Shown here: piece by piece, positions 1 through 13,000 of the stretch | Position numbering within the stretch: position 1 is the first letter of the stretch | Layout of the letters: the number at the start of each line of letters is the position of its first letter | Source of the DNA: Malacoraja senta | Taxonomy: Eukaryota | Assembly (NCBI GenBank): GCA_038087875.1 | Contig: JAXLNO010000666.1 | Span: 1 to 64,000, forward strand | Reading direction: 5' to 3' | Length of the DNA stretch: 64,000 nucleotides | Notes under the pieces: generated by a model | What the model was told of the DNA's origin: nothing | Seen by the model: the letters and a program-made list of their open reading frames with translations, nothing else | Database searches by the model: none | Made by a program: the position numbers and the translations under genes

Positions 1-669
1 AAGTATAACGCTAAGAAAAGCCACATAATGATAGTTAGAAGCGCTGAGGACAGGAAATCAACTTTTCCGACTTTTTATTTGTCAGACAGTCCTCTTGCTG
101 TGTGTGAGGAAATTAAATACCTAGGTCATGTCACATCCGATGACTGGACGGATGACAAAGACCTCGACCGACAGCGCTGTCACATTTATCTTCAAGCTAA
201 CATGCTTATAAGGAAGTTTTATATGTGCTCTGACTCTGAAGTGTTCACTGTTCAGAACCTACATTACACCGTTATATACTGCTCAATTGTGGTCTAATTA
301 TAAGAAAAAGAGTATGCAGAGGCTCAAGGTAGCATACAATGATGCAATGAGGTTGCTACTTCGTGTCCCTAGATGGCATAGTGCCAGTCAATTGTTTGTG
401 TCCACTAGAGTGCCAATCTGTGAGGCACTCTTAAGACAGCTGATGTTTAGTTTTATGTGTCGCCTGGATAAGTCAGAGAACCACATAATTGAAGCCCTAG
501 TCAGCCCTCTGAAAAGCTGCTATAGATTCACTTCTAGGCTAAGACGGCATTGGTGCAATAGCTTGTATATCTTATAGGCTAATATGTAATTTTATATGTA
601 TTTTTTATCTCCTTATACTGTTTGATGTGTTCTATGGACCTGTGTCTGAAATAAAGCTTTTATTATTAT
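1..669 (+). mobile_element. 3' end of a non-LTR retrotransposon (RTE-X-like), frameshifted ORF2 C-terminus
   Basis: KYLGH..SDD..DDKDLDRQR...QANML.RKF..CS...LW...LKVAYN motif; ends in AATAAA plus a (TTA)n tail. Confidence 0.7.
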
Positions 670-2555
670 AAAGGCCAACATGCCATTCGCTTTCTTCACT
701 GTCTGCTGTACCTGCATGCTTACTTTCATAGACTGATGTACAAGGACCCCCAGATCCCGTTGTACTTCCCCTATCCCCAACTTGACGCCATTTAGATAGT
801 AATCTGCCTTCCTGTTTTTGCTACCAAAGTGGATAACCTTACATTTATCCGCATTAAACTTCATCTGCCATGCATCTGCCCACTCCCCCAACCTGTCCAA
901 GTCACCCTGCATTCTCATAACATCCTCCTCAGAGTTCACACTGCCACCCAGCTTTGTGTCATCTGCAAATTTGCTAATGTTACTTTGAATCCCTTCATCC
1001 AAATCATTGATGTATATTGTAAATAGCTGCGGTCCCAGCACTGAGCCTTGCGGTACCCCACTAGTCACTGCCTTCCATTCTGAACGGGACCCGTTAATCC
1101 TTACTCTTTGTTTCCTGTCTGCCAACCACTTCTCTATCCATGTCAGCACTCTACCCCCAATACCATGTGCCCTAATTTGCCCACTAATTTCCTATGTGGG
1201 ACCTTATCAAATGCTTTCTGAAAATCCAGGTACACTACATCCACTTGCTCTCCCTTCTCCATTTTCCAAGTTACATCTTCAAAAAATTCCAGAAGATTAG
1301 TCAAGCATGATTTCCCCTTCGTAAATCCATGCTGACTCGGACCAATCCTGTTACTGCTATCCAAATGTGAGGCTATCTCATCTTTTATAATTGACTCCAG
1401 CATCTTCCCCACCACCGATGTCAGGCTAACTGGTCTATAATTCCCTGTTTTCTCTCTCCCGCCTTTCTTAAAAAGTGGGATAACATTTGCTACCCTCCAG
1501 TCCACAGGAACTGATCCTGAGTCTATAGAACATTGGAAAATTATCACCAATGCATCCACGATTTCTAGAGCCACTTCCTTAAGTACCCTGGGATGCAGAC
1601 CATCAGGCTCTGGGGATTTATCAGCCTTCAGTCCCATCAATCTATCCAACACCATTTCCTGCCTAATGTGGATTTCCTTCAGTTCCTCTGTCACCCCAGA
1701 TCCTCTGGCCACCACTATATCAGGAAGATTGTTTGAGTCCTCCTTAGTGAAGACAGATCCAAAGTACCTGTTCAACTCATCTGCCATTTCCTTGTTCCCC
1801 ATAATAAATTCACATTTTTCGGTCTTCAAGGGTCCAACTTTGGTCTTAACTAATTTTTTCCTCTTCACATACCTAAAGAAGGTTTTACTATCCTGCTTTA
1901 TATTCTTAGCTAGCTTACCTTCGTACCTCATCTTTTCTCCCCGTATTGTCTTTTTAGTATGTCTCTGCAGCTGTACAGAGCCCTAGTGAGACCACACCTG
2001 GAGTATTGTGTGCAGTTTTGATCCCCTAATTTGAAGAAGGACATTCTTGATATTGAGGGAGTGCAGCGTAGGTTTACAAGGTTAATTCCCGGGATGGCAG
2101 GACTGTCATATGCTGAGAGAATGGAGCAGCTGGGCTTGTACACTCTGGAGCTTAGAAGGATGAGAGGGTATCTCATTGAAACATATAAGATTGTTAAGGG
2201 CTTGGACACGCTAGAGGCAGGAAACATGTTCCCGATGTTGGGGGAGAACAAAACCAGGGGCCACAGATTAAGAATAAGGAGTAAGCCATTTAGAACGGAG
2301 ACGAGGAAACAGTTTTTCTCACAGAGAGTGTTGAGTCTGTGGAATTCTCTGCCTCAGAGGGCGGTGGAGGCATGTTCTCTGGATGCTTTCAAGAGAGAGC
2401 TAGATAGGGCTCTTAAAAATAGCGGAGTCAGGGGATACCGGGAGAAGGCAGGAACGGGGTACTGATTGGAGATGATCAGCCATGATCAAATTGAATGGCG
2501 GTGCTGGCTCGAAGGGCCAAATGGCCTACTTCTGCACCTATTGTCTATTGTCTAT
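666..2555. mobile_element. CR1 (HER1-like) LINE insertion with inverted 5' part (minus 666-1958; plus 1965-2555)
   Basis: RT motifs ([39 protein letters not shown]) on the minus strand; C-terminus and (TTGTCTA)n tail on the plus strand. Confidence 0.9.
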
Positions 2556-2806
2556 ACCGACGATGCTGTCAAAAGGCATAAGATGTTTGCAGATGTTCAC
2601 AAAATATATCAGGACCCAAAAATGTGCTTCTGCCTCCATTGTTCTGCACTCAAATCCCACCAAAGGGCACATGACAAGGTCACGCGGTACCAGTTACAAA
2701 TTAGGTGTATTACCCGACATGGCCATTAGGAGGCACTACATCGTCTCTGCATTTAATACTGATATAAGGATATATATATATCCTTACTGTATCCTGTATC
2801 TGTATA

Positions 2807-2859
<53 letters not shown>

Positions 2860-2953
2860 AACAATGAAATTCTTACTTGCCGTAGTGCATCAGATATGTA
2901 AACAGTACTCTGTAAACCCCTTAATAAAGAACACAAATTTATAAATATGTGAT

Positions 2954-2954
<1 letters not shown>

Positions 2955-2984
<30 letters not shown>

Positions 2985-3886
2985 GCACTTTATTTATCCC
3001 CGAGGGGCAATTCAAACAAACAGTACATTAAATCTGCACCGACCGGTCGACCGCATGAGCAGTGACCCAGGAAGGATTGGGTTGTTAGCAGCGATACAAT
3101 AATAAAGAACACACAAAAAGTAACACAAACATCCACCACAGCATTCATGACTGTGGTGGAGGGCACAAAAATTTGGCCAGTCCTCCTCCATTTCCCCCCG
3201 TGGACAGGACCAGAGTCCAGAGTCAGTCCAGGATCAGCTCTTCCTCACCGGAGACCGCGGCTTTAGATTGTTGTGGGCCGCAGGCCGGTGGTCAAGATTT
3301 AAAGTTCCCTGCCGCAGCCAGAAGCACCGTAGACTGCAGGGCCGGCGGTCGAAGCTCCCCTCCAGGGGTGATGGTAAGTCCATGCCGGCCCCACGGTAGA
3401 AGTTGACCGCGGGCCGGCAATGATGGCTTCTTCTTCCCCCGGGTCCCCCACGAGGGATCCCGGGCTGTAGACGCCGCACCAGCTGGAGCTTTGCAGACCG
3501 CGGCTTCAGGCTGCGACTTCAGGCTGCCGGCTGCCCCGGGCCAGCGAAACGGAGCGCTCCCCTCCCCTCCAGCGAGCCCCAACGAGGGTTCACCCGCTCC
3601 ACGCCGAGAGTCCACGCTGCGCCCGCCGCTGAAGCCCCGGGCACGTCTCCGGGAAAGGCCACGCCGATCCTTGATGTTAGGCCACAGGGGAGGCGACCTG
3701 GAAAAAGTCGCCTCTCCATGGAGGAGGCGACCGAAGCGGTTTCCCCCTTACCCCCCCACACCACCCCCCACACAAAACACACAAAGAAACATTAATTACA
3801 CATTTTAAAACATACTAAATTTTTTTTTTTAAGTTGAAAAAACTGACGCACTGCTGACATGGCTGCTGCCAGAACAGCGCCCCCCT
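2955..3886 (-). mobile_element. Non-autonomous LINE-derived element: GC-rich body, L2/Rex1-type 3' end and (GATT)n tail
   Basis: (TCAA)n at 2955-2982 followed by the reverse complement of ...ttgcccctcggggataaataaag; no coding capacity; flanked by TA/TG microsatellites. Confidence 0.5.
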
Positions 3887-4578
3887 ACAGACATATATAT
3901 GTGTGTGTGTGTTTGTGTATATATATATATATATGTATACACACTCACACACATAAATATACGAGGACAAACAGACTCAAAAACAGTTTTTATCCCACAG
4001 CAATAACTACACTTAATGTAGCCACCAAATGAGTGCAGGTGTGCTACACACCAAAGGGACTGTGAAATCGACAGAAGAATGTGTTTTTTTCTCATGTTAT
4101 TTATTTTAGTTTATCTTAGACTTTTGCTCTTAGAAAATGTGTGAATGGTGCACTGACTGGTTGGCATTTCTAATTTTGTTATAATGACAATAAAGTATTC
4201 ATCATCATCATACATAGACAAAAATGCTGGAGAAACTCAGCGGACCACTATTTTTCCATCATTTTTGTCTACTTTCGATTTTTCCAGCATCTGCAGTTCT
4301 TTCTTAAACATATATATAGAGAGTGATACAGTGTGTGTGTGTGTGTGTGTGTTCTTTATATATATATGTATATATTAAACAAAGTGGGACCCGTTGGGTC
4401 CCATATTCACATGGGAGGGCTGGTCCCCCAACGCAATATTTCACCTCTCCACCAATTCCAATATTGGTGGCTAGTGGGGGGGGGGGGGGGCTTTCTGGAG
4501 CGCTAGTATGGGTGTGTGGTCCGAAGGCACTGGTTTCCAGAGGGCTAGTTTGGACATTGTGGGTCGAATGGATTCCTG

Positions 4579-4900
4579 AGCTGGCAGCTCAGTCACTCAG
4601 GCCTGGTGGGGTGGCAGCTCAGTCACTCAGGCCTGGTAGGCTGGCAGCTCAGTCACTCAGGGCTGGTGGGCTGGCAGCTCAGTCACTCAGGGCTGGTGGG
4701 CTGGCAGCTCAGTCACTCAGGGCTGGTGGGCTGGCAGCTCAGTCACTCAGGGCTGGTGGGCTGGCAGCTCAGTCACTCAGGGCTGTTGGGCTGGCAGATC
4801 AGTCACTCAGGTCTGGTGGGCTGGCAGCTCCGTCACTGAGGGCTGGTGGGCTGGCGGGCTGGCAGACCAGTCACTCAGGGCTGGTGGGCTGGCAGTTCAC
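4579..4900 (+). repeat. 30-bp minisatellite (GCTGGCAGCTCAGTCACTCAGGGCTGGTGG), about 10 copies
   Basis: Tandem units directly visible. Confidence 0.95.
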
Positions 4901-4929
4901 TCACGGCTATTCCTTGAAATTCCATTTCA

Positions 4930-5152
4930 AGCAGAGTGCAGGCCATTAAATCATTTTCACAGCATTTCAGGCAGAGTGCAGGCCACCAAACTCAATTTCA
5001 CAGCATTCCAGGCAGAGTGCAGGCCACCAAACTCAATTTCACAGCATTTCAGGCAGAGTGCAGGCCATCAAACTCAATTTCACAGCATTTCAGGCAGAAC
5101 AGGCCACCAAATTCAATTTCACAACATTTCAAGCAGAGTGCAGGCCACCAAA
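4930..5152 (+). repeat. ~41-bp minisatellite (GCAGAGTGCAGGCCACCAAACTCAATTTCACAGCATTTCAG), about 5.5 copies
   Basis: Tandem units directly visible. Confidence 0.9.
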
Positions 5153-5671
5153 TTGCCAAACAACTCATTGCATTGTCATTAAGGGCTAACAAATCATTTA
5201 TTGCAAGTAGACAAAAATGCTGGAGAAACTCAACGGGTGAGGCCGCATCTATGGAGTGAAGGAAATAGGCAACGTTTTGGGTCAAAACCCTTCTTTGGCA
5301 GTGCAGACTCACAGTTCAATTGATTCACAGCTTAGAATCACAGTTGTGGACTCTCCCTCGCGATCTTTCAGTGACTGACTCACGTCCAGGCATCCGGGGT
5401 TTTATAGTCCTGCCCCCTCCCCCCCCCCCCGAAGGGGCGTTACCTTCATCGTGGTGATTGACTGGCGAGATCAGCTGATCTGAAGATTTTTTTAAATACT
5501 CATTAAATTTTTCATCGATCGGAAAAATCCTCGGGGCTGCCTCAGCAGAGGAGGACTATGAGTAAGATGGTAAAAAATCAGCGATATATGGTAGCGTTTT
5601 TTCTAAAATCAATATACAGCGCAAACAGGAAGTGGTCAAGATGAGACTTTTAGTTATATAGATATAACTCT

Positions 5672-6262
5672 TCTAACGTCTCTTCTTCCTGAGGAGACTA
5701 AAGAAGATCCATCTGTCTCCTCAGATTCTGGTGAACTTCTACCGCTGCACCATCAAGAGCATCCTTACCAACTGTATCACAGTATGGTATGGCAACTGCT
5801 CTGTCTCCGACCGGAAAGCATTGCAGAGCGTGGTGAAAATTGCCCAACGCATCACCGGTTCCTCACTCCCCTCCATTGAGTCTGTCCAAAGCAAGCGTTG
5901 TCTGCGAAGGGCGCTCAGCATCGCCAAGGTCTGCTCTCACCCCAACCACAGACTGTTTACCCTCCAACCATCCGGGAGGCGCTACAGGACTCCGTTGCCG
6001 GACCAGCAGGTCCAGGAACAGCTGCTTCCCTGCGGCTGTTACACTACTCAACACTACCTCGGTGACTGCCAATCACCCCCCCCCCCCCCCCGGGACACTC
6101 CTCCCACCAGGAAAAAAAATTACTATGACTGTATGCACGTAAATAGATTTATTTATTGCTCATATTTATGTCGACTTCCAGGGAGATGCTAACTGCATTT
6201 CGTTGTCTCTGTACTGTACACTGCACAATGACAATCAAGTTGAATCTGAATCTGATCTGAAT
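5672..6262 (+). mobile_element. Rex1/Babar LINE 3' fragment
   Basis: NFYRCTI.SILTNCITVWYGNCS...RKALQ.VVK.AQRITG...HP.H.LF...PSGRRYR; (GAATCT)n tail. Confidence 0.85.
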
Positions 6263-6305
6263 ACATACACATATTTTGTGCCTATCACACACACACACAC
6301 ACACA

Positions 6306-6343
<38 letters not shown>

Positions 6344-6479
6344 CTGTGATACACACACACACACACACACATATTTTGTGTCTAAAGTGCAGATCCACCC
6401 TACATATTATGTTTCTCATTGTATGTTCTGTGGCTTTGTGAGAGGCGAGGGCTTGTTCTTCCGAATGTGGGAAGTCTAG

Positions 6480-6644
6480 TTTGTACACTCCAGGGGAGGT
6501 CCGTAGTTTGAATGCTTTAACATGTTAATTACAGTGTAAGCAGTGGAAGGAAGACATTATTTGCACTTCAAGTCTGCCCCCGCCCGGTCAGTGGTTGCAG
6601 AGCTCCGGAAGAAAGTAGCAGAGTGCACGGCCGCTGCAATTGTA
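6480..6644 (+). promoter_or_regulatory. Probable proximal promoter/5'UTR of the SLC22 gene, with a GC box (CCCCGCCC at ~6577)
   Basis: Non-repeat, CpG-containing sequence directly upstream of the ATG; the transcription start cannot be placed. Confidence 0.4.
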
Positions 6645-7031
6645 ATGCGGAATTACGAGGACATTGTCGCCTTCCTGGGAGAATGGGGACCCTTCCAGAA
6701 GATGATCTTTTTTCTTCTGAGCGCCAGCATCTTGCCAAACGGTTTCTGCGGATTGTCCATCGTTTTCGTCGGGGATACCCCAGAGCATCGCTGCTTGATT
6801 CCCGGGAATCTCAACCTCAGCCAAGCCTGGATGAACAGAACCATCCCACTGGTGCCGGGAACCCAAGTCCAGTACAGCCAATGCAGTCGCTACCGCTTGG
6901 ATGTGATCAGGAACCTCTCGGAGGTGTTTCCAGACCCAGATCTCCTCAACGTGTCCGGGATCGAAGAGGAGCCGTGTTGGGATGGATGGGATTACAGTCG
7001 GGACCAGTACACCTCCACCATTGTCTCCGAG
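6645..7031 (+). CDS. slc22a5: SLC22 exon 1 ([18 protein letters not shown]...STIVSE): TM1 and large extracellular loop
   Basis: ATG at 6645, donor GAG|gtttgt; conserved loop cysteines and N-glycosylation sequons. Confidence 0.95.
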
Positions 7032-10000
7032 GTTTGTGTCTGAAGCGGTAGCGGTAACGCTCCGGCTCCGGCTCCGGCTCCGGCTCCCAAGAACAACGAG
7101 TCTAAAGAGTAGTTTGTGGAAATGGTTGTACAATGGTGTCATAATTGGAAAAAAAAAGCGAAGAGATCACGTGCAGTTGAACCCATTCTTCAAAAGACGG
7201 CTCCAATTCCAAACCAGTGCGACCTCGTGTCAGGGAGACTTTAATGTTTAACTTTTGTTGTGAGTTTATAAAGTTTTGAACTTTAACCCCTAACTAACAC
7301 TTGCCATCAGAACTCTATGGAAGTCTAATTTGCCTCATTTTTGATCTGTTTTAACATTCTCAGAAACAGAAACTGAGAATGTTAAGACAACATTCTCAAC
7401 GGAGAATGTTAAAACATATTAAGAATAATTGTATATTTTTTGAGTATGTGTGTATGTGTATATATACACACTGAACGTTCTTTTCTCTCGCTTATGTACT
7501 ATGTTTACATATTCTGTTGTGCTACAGCAAGCAAAGGGCCTGTCCCACTTAGGCGATTTTTTAGACGGTCGCCGGGGTGTCGCCTGTATGGTCGTGAGTA
7601 GTCTCCTCAGTCGCCCAAAGAGTCGTAGCGTTTTTCTGGTCGCCGCTGGATTTTGAAATATTCAAAACCTTTCGGCGACGGTCGGTGACCGTGGGTTTGT
7701 CGTAGCTGGTCTTCTCCTGACGTAGGTGCTGTCGTAGGTTGTTGCCAGGTTGTCGTCAAGAGAAGTCAAGTAGCGACTTTGGAAAAACACGTGATCAGGT
7801 AAAAACAAAGTGCGTGGACTTCCTGAATTTTTTGTTGCAGACCTTGAGCATTGTAAAATGGCTCCAAAGAGAAGGAAGGGACAGCCCAGTGGCAAGGCCT
7901 AAACCACAACCCTACCCACCAGGCAGGTGGAGACTGAGGAGACCTCTTCTCGGGCTTCTTCTTCACCATTCTTCTTGTCCTTCTGTCTTGCAGATCTTTA
8001 AGCAAGAGGGCTGTTGCAAGCAGCAGGGCTTCTCGCATAATAAGAGCTATGCCTACTGATGTTGCTCCATGGTAGTCATGATGGAGAATTATTCGAAACT
8101 GCACCCTACAACCCGTTTTATAGGAAAACTGGGTGATTCCATTGTTTTAGAGGCAAAAATGACGTCACATATCTTAAGTTGTCCTCAGTTGTCACCGACA
8201 GGGTCGTAGCTTGTCATAGCGTGTTGCGGGTGGATGTAGGTTATCGTAGGTGTTGTCGTAGGTTGTCGTAGGTGTGGTCATAGGTGGTCGCCCTAAGTCG
8301 CGACGATTGGGTCGCCAATTGTCGGTAGCTTGCTGTAGCTTGACATCGATTAGGTGGCTGGTTGTTGTAGCTTGTCGTAGACATTGTCATAGAGGTGGTT
8401 CAGTCGCTGTCTTTTCGGCGACCTGCTATGACTATGACAGTCGCTGGCAGTCACCAGAAAAATCGCCTAAGTGGGACAGGCCCTTTAGAATTTCATTGTT
8501 CTATCTGGGGCATATATGACAATAAAACACTCTTGACTCTTGACTCTTGAAACTTTATAAGCCCTGGGCTAGAATGGAAATGCAGAAACCAGAGCTTAAT
8601 TTATAGTCTGGAGAGTGGTGGATGTATGAGATGCGCTGTCAAGGAAGGTAATCAAAATATCGTACTTCACCAGAACAAAGTTTTCCCAAGAACTAAGTTC
8701 AGTAGATGTATATATTCCTCTAAACTGCCACCAGACCCATTTCGTAAATTCTTTTGTACCGTTCCATAAGCTAGAAAGAATGCAGAGAAGACTTACACGG
8801 ACTTTGCCAGGAACCGAGGGCCTGTGTTAGTGGGAGCGGTTGGGCAGGCTAGGACTTTATTCCTTGGAGTGCAGGAGGCCGAGGGGTGATATTATAGAGG
8901 TGTGCAGTGCCCTCCATAATGTTTGGGCCAAAGACCCATCATTTATTTATTTGCCTCTGTACTGCACAATTTGAGATTTGTAAATTAAAAAATCACATGT
9001 GGTTAACGTGCACATTGTTAGATTTTAATAAAGGCCATTTTTATACATTTTGGTTTCACCATGTAGTGTTTGTACATAATCCCCCCATTTCAGGGCACCA
9101 TAATGTTTGGGACACAGCAATGTCATGTAAATGAAAGTAGTCATGTTTAGGATTTTGTTGCATATCCTTTGCATGCAATGACTGCTTGAAGTCTGCGATT
9201 CATGGACATCACCAGTTGCTGGGTGTCTTCTCTGGTGATGCTCTGCCAGGCCTGTATTGCAGCCATCTTTAGCTTATGCTTGTTTTGGGGGCTAGTCCCC
9301 TTCAGTTTTCTCTTCAGCATATAAAAGGCATGCTCAATTGGGTTCAGATAGGTGATTGACTTGGCCACTCAAGAATTGACCATTTTTTAGCTTTGAAAAA
9401 TTCCTTTGTTGCTTTAGCAGTATGTTTGGGATAATTGTCTTGCAAAAGAATGAACCGCCAGACAATGTGTTTTGAAGCATTTGTTTGAACTTGAGCAGAT
9501 AGGATGTGTCTGCACACTTCAGAATTCATTATGCTACAACCATAATGGGCAGTTCCTTCTCTCCTCCATACTTTGCTCTTGCCATCACTCTGATATAAAT
9601 TAATCTTCGTTTCATCTGTCCACAAGACCTTTTTCCAAAACTGTGGTTGCTCTTTTAAGTACTTCTTGCCAAACTCTGTAGCCGGGCCATCCTTTTTTTG
9701 TGGCTAACCAATGGTTTGCATCTTGCAGTGTAGCCTCTGTATTTCTGTTCATGAAGTCTTCTGCGGACAGTCGTCATTGGGAAATCCACACCTGACTCCT
9801 GAAGAGTGTTTAGGGATTTTTCTTTTATTACAGAGAGAATTCTTCTGTCATCAGCTGTGGATGTCTTCCTTGGCCTGCCAGTCCCTTTGTGATTAGTAAG
9901 CTCACTAGTGCTCTCTTTCTTCTTAATTATGTTCCAAACAGGGTTTGGTAAGCCTCATGTTAGGCTGATGTCTCTAACAGTTTTATTCTTGTTTCTCAGT

Positions 10001-13000
10001 CTCATAGTGGCTTTTTTGACTTTCATTGGCACAACTTTGGTCCTCATGTTGATAGCAATAAAAGTTTCCAAAGATGATGGAAAGACTGGAGGAAAAACTA
10101 GGTGCTGAGAGCTCTCGTATATCTGCATTAAGGAGGAATTTAAACATACCTGAGCAATTACAAACACCTGTGAAGCCATGTGTCCCAAACATTATGGTGC
10201 CCTGAAATGGGGGGACTATGTATAAACACAGCTGTAATTTCTATATGGTGAATCCAAAATGCATAAAAATACCTATTAATAAAATCGGACAATGTGCACT
10301 TCAAACACATGCGATGTTTTCTATTACAAATCTCAAATAGTAGAGTACAGAGGCAAATAAATAAATGATGGGTCTTTGTCCCAACCATTATGGAGGGCAC
10401 TGTATACAACACAAAAAGCTGGAGTAACTCAGCAGGACAGGCAGTATCTCTGGAGAGAAGGAATGGGTGACGTTTCGGGTCGAGGCCCTCCTTCAAAGAA
10501 CCCAAAACATCACCCATTCCTTCTCTCCAGAGATGCTGCCTGTCCCGCTGAGTTAATCCAGCTTTTTGTGTCTATCTTTGGTTTAAGCCAGCATCCGCAG
10601 TTCCTTCCTACACACACACACACACACACATACATATATATATATTTATGGTTTATATACATGGGGGAACGTACAAGCACCCCTTGTCAGGATCGAACCT
10701 GGGTCTCTGGCATTGTGAGGCAGCAACTCTACCACTGCACAACCGTGCTGCTCCATAAATGGTTGTTGCGAATGATGGGTCTGCCCAGAGAGATGGAGGA
10801 GGGGAGTGGGGGGAGTGGGGGGGGGGGGGGGGTGGGGGGGGGAGGGCGATGTAGGTGGAAGTTTCCACTCTGGGGCTGATAAGGTGAATGAGGTTTTATT
10901 TTGATGTGGTGAAGTGCATGTGTTTTGACCCAATGTCAGTGAATGATCTTTACTGTATCAGTGTCCAGGATGATATATGTGGATTCTTTATGTTTCTCAG
11001 TGGGACCTGGTGTGCAATGATGATTGGAAGGCTCCATTAGCCATGTCGTTCTTCTTTGCAGGAGTGCTGATTGGTTCCTTTGTTTCTGGGCAATTATCAG
11101 ACAGGTGAGTTATTTCTTTAATTGAATTTGCCAAAAAAATTACGTTTCTGGTCATTGTTGCTCACAATTTGTGGGAGCTGCATTGTTGCCCCATTTCCAC
11201 ATTGACTCCAGGTCATAAATACACAATAGCGGTAATGTGGTGAGACCATGAAATTCTCTACATAATTCATGTCATAAGTGATAGGAGAAGAATTAGACCA
11301 TTCGGCCCATCAAGTCTATGCCATTCAATCATCTTCCTCTCTTAACGCCATTCTCCTGCCTTCTCCCCATCCCTGACACCATACCAATCAAGAATGTATC
11401 CATCTCTACCTTAAAAATATCCATTGACGGCCTCTGTAGCCTTCTAGCCCAGCAGGCTAGTGAAAGGCTTGGATAGAGTGGATGTGGATAGGATGTTTCC
11501 ACTAGTGGGAGAGTCTAGGACTAGAGGTCTTAGCCTCTGAGTTAAAGGACATTCCTTTAGGAAGGAGATGAAGACAAATTTCTTTGGTCAGAGCGTGGTG
11601 AATCTGTGGAATTATTTGCCACAGAGGCCGTCAATGGATATTTTAATGAAATGTTGTTGTATACATCCCCCCCCCCCCCCCCCCCCCCCCCTCCCCACGC
11701 CGGGTCCCTCTTTGTTTTCGGCTGCACAACCTCGAATGACCACTGAGACTCCCGTGGCCTGTCCTTGGCCGCCCGCCCGTCACCAGGACCTCCCTTGGAC
11801 AGCTCTGCGGTGCTCGCCAGGAGCTTCAGGTAGGACCAGGATTGTGCATAGCTGGGTCCTAACTTTATTTTTGGTATATCCTTGCTGAATCCCTGCTTTT
11901 GGTTTATATCTGGATCAGAGATTCTTCAGTTCCCATGCACTTTTGTTTTATTCCTCTAGTTCAGTTTAGTTTAGAGATACAGTGCAGAAACAGACCATTC
12001 AGCCTACCGAGTCCGCGCCGACCAACTATCCTATACACAAGTGACAATTTTATAATTACCAAATTACCAAAGTCAATTAACCTACAAACCTACATACTTT
12101 GATGTATGCAGGAAGCTGGAGCACTTGGAGGAAACCCACGTGGTGACAGGGAGAACCCTACGCAGATAGCACCCGTAATCAGAATCAAACTCCAGTCTCT
12201 GGGGCTGTGAGGCAGCAACTCTACCTCTGTGCCACCATTGCTGACCCTCTATGTGGATCAATCTTTTTTGGAACAATTCTGTTAAACATCTGAGAGAATA
12301 AATGTATAAGGTGTGTAATTAGAGGCATGTGTGTTTGAGTATGAATTGAATCTTCATTTGTTCTTGCTTTGTAGGTTTGGGAGAAAGGCAGTTTTGTTTG
12401 GAACGATGGCGATACAGTGTTTATTCAGCATTATTCAAGTCTTCTCTCCAAACTGGGAAATATTCTGCCTTCTTAACTTCCTTGTAGGGCTGGGACAAAT
12501 ATCAAACTACGTAGCGGCCTTTGTTCTTGGTATGTACCTGCACCATTCAATGTACTGTAATTACAGTATATAACCCTTCAATTACCAGTGGTGATTCTGT
12601 CACTGTCAGTAATGCATTATTAGACAATAGACAATAGGTGCTGGAGTAGGCATTCGCCCTTTGAGCCAGCACCGCCATTCAAAGTGATCATGGCTGATCA
12701 TCCACAATCAGTTCCTGCCTTCTCCCCATATCCCGTGACTCCGCTATCTTTAAGAGCCCTATAAAGCTCTCTCTTGAAAGTTTCCAGAGAACCGGCCTCC
12801 ATCGCCCTCTGAGGCAGAGAATTCCACAGACTCACAACTCTCTGTGTGAAAAAGTGTTTCCTCATCGTTCTAAATGCCTTACCCCTTATTCTTAAACTGT
12901 GGTCCCTGGTTCTGGACACCCCCAATATCGGGAACATGTTTCCTGCCTCTAGCGTGTCCAAACCCTTAATAATCTTATATATTTCAATAAGATATCCTCT

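Larger units (their letters stand above)
4375..5662 (-). mobile_element. Non-autonomous Helitron with internal minisatellites
   Basis: Minus-strand 5' end A|TCTATATAAC at 5662; GGGACCC-gtt-GGGTCCC hairpin (4386-4402) 11 nt from a degenerate CTAG 3' end; related termini at 59059-60325. Confidence 0.7.

Noticed and set aside
4323..4949. 208-aa ORF with repeated AAQSLRAGGL units
   Set aside because: Translation of the 30-bp minisatellite; no evidence of coding
4579..5152. Regular repeat arrays resembling CRISPR
   Set aside because: Head-to-tail units with no unique spacers, eukaryotic context and no cas genes
6543..6644. 34-aa N-terminal extension of the SLC22 ORF
   Set aside because: Starts at a GTG; family homology begins at the ATG at 6645
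7766..8104. 112-aa ORF inside the Harbinger element
   Set aside because: At most a decayed transposase N-terminus; no catalytic motifs
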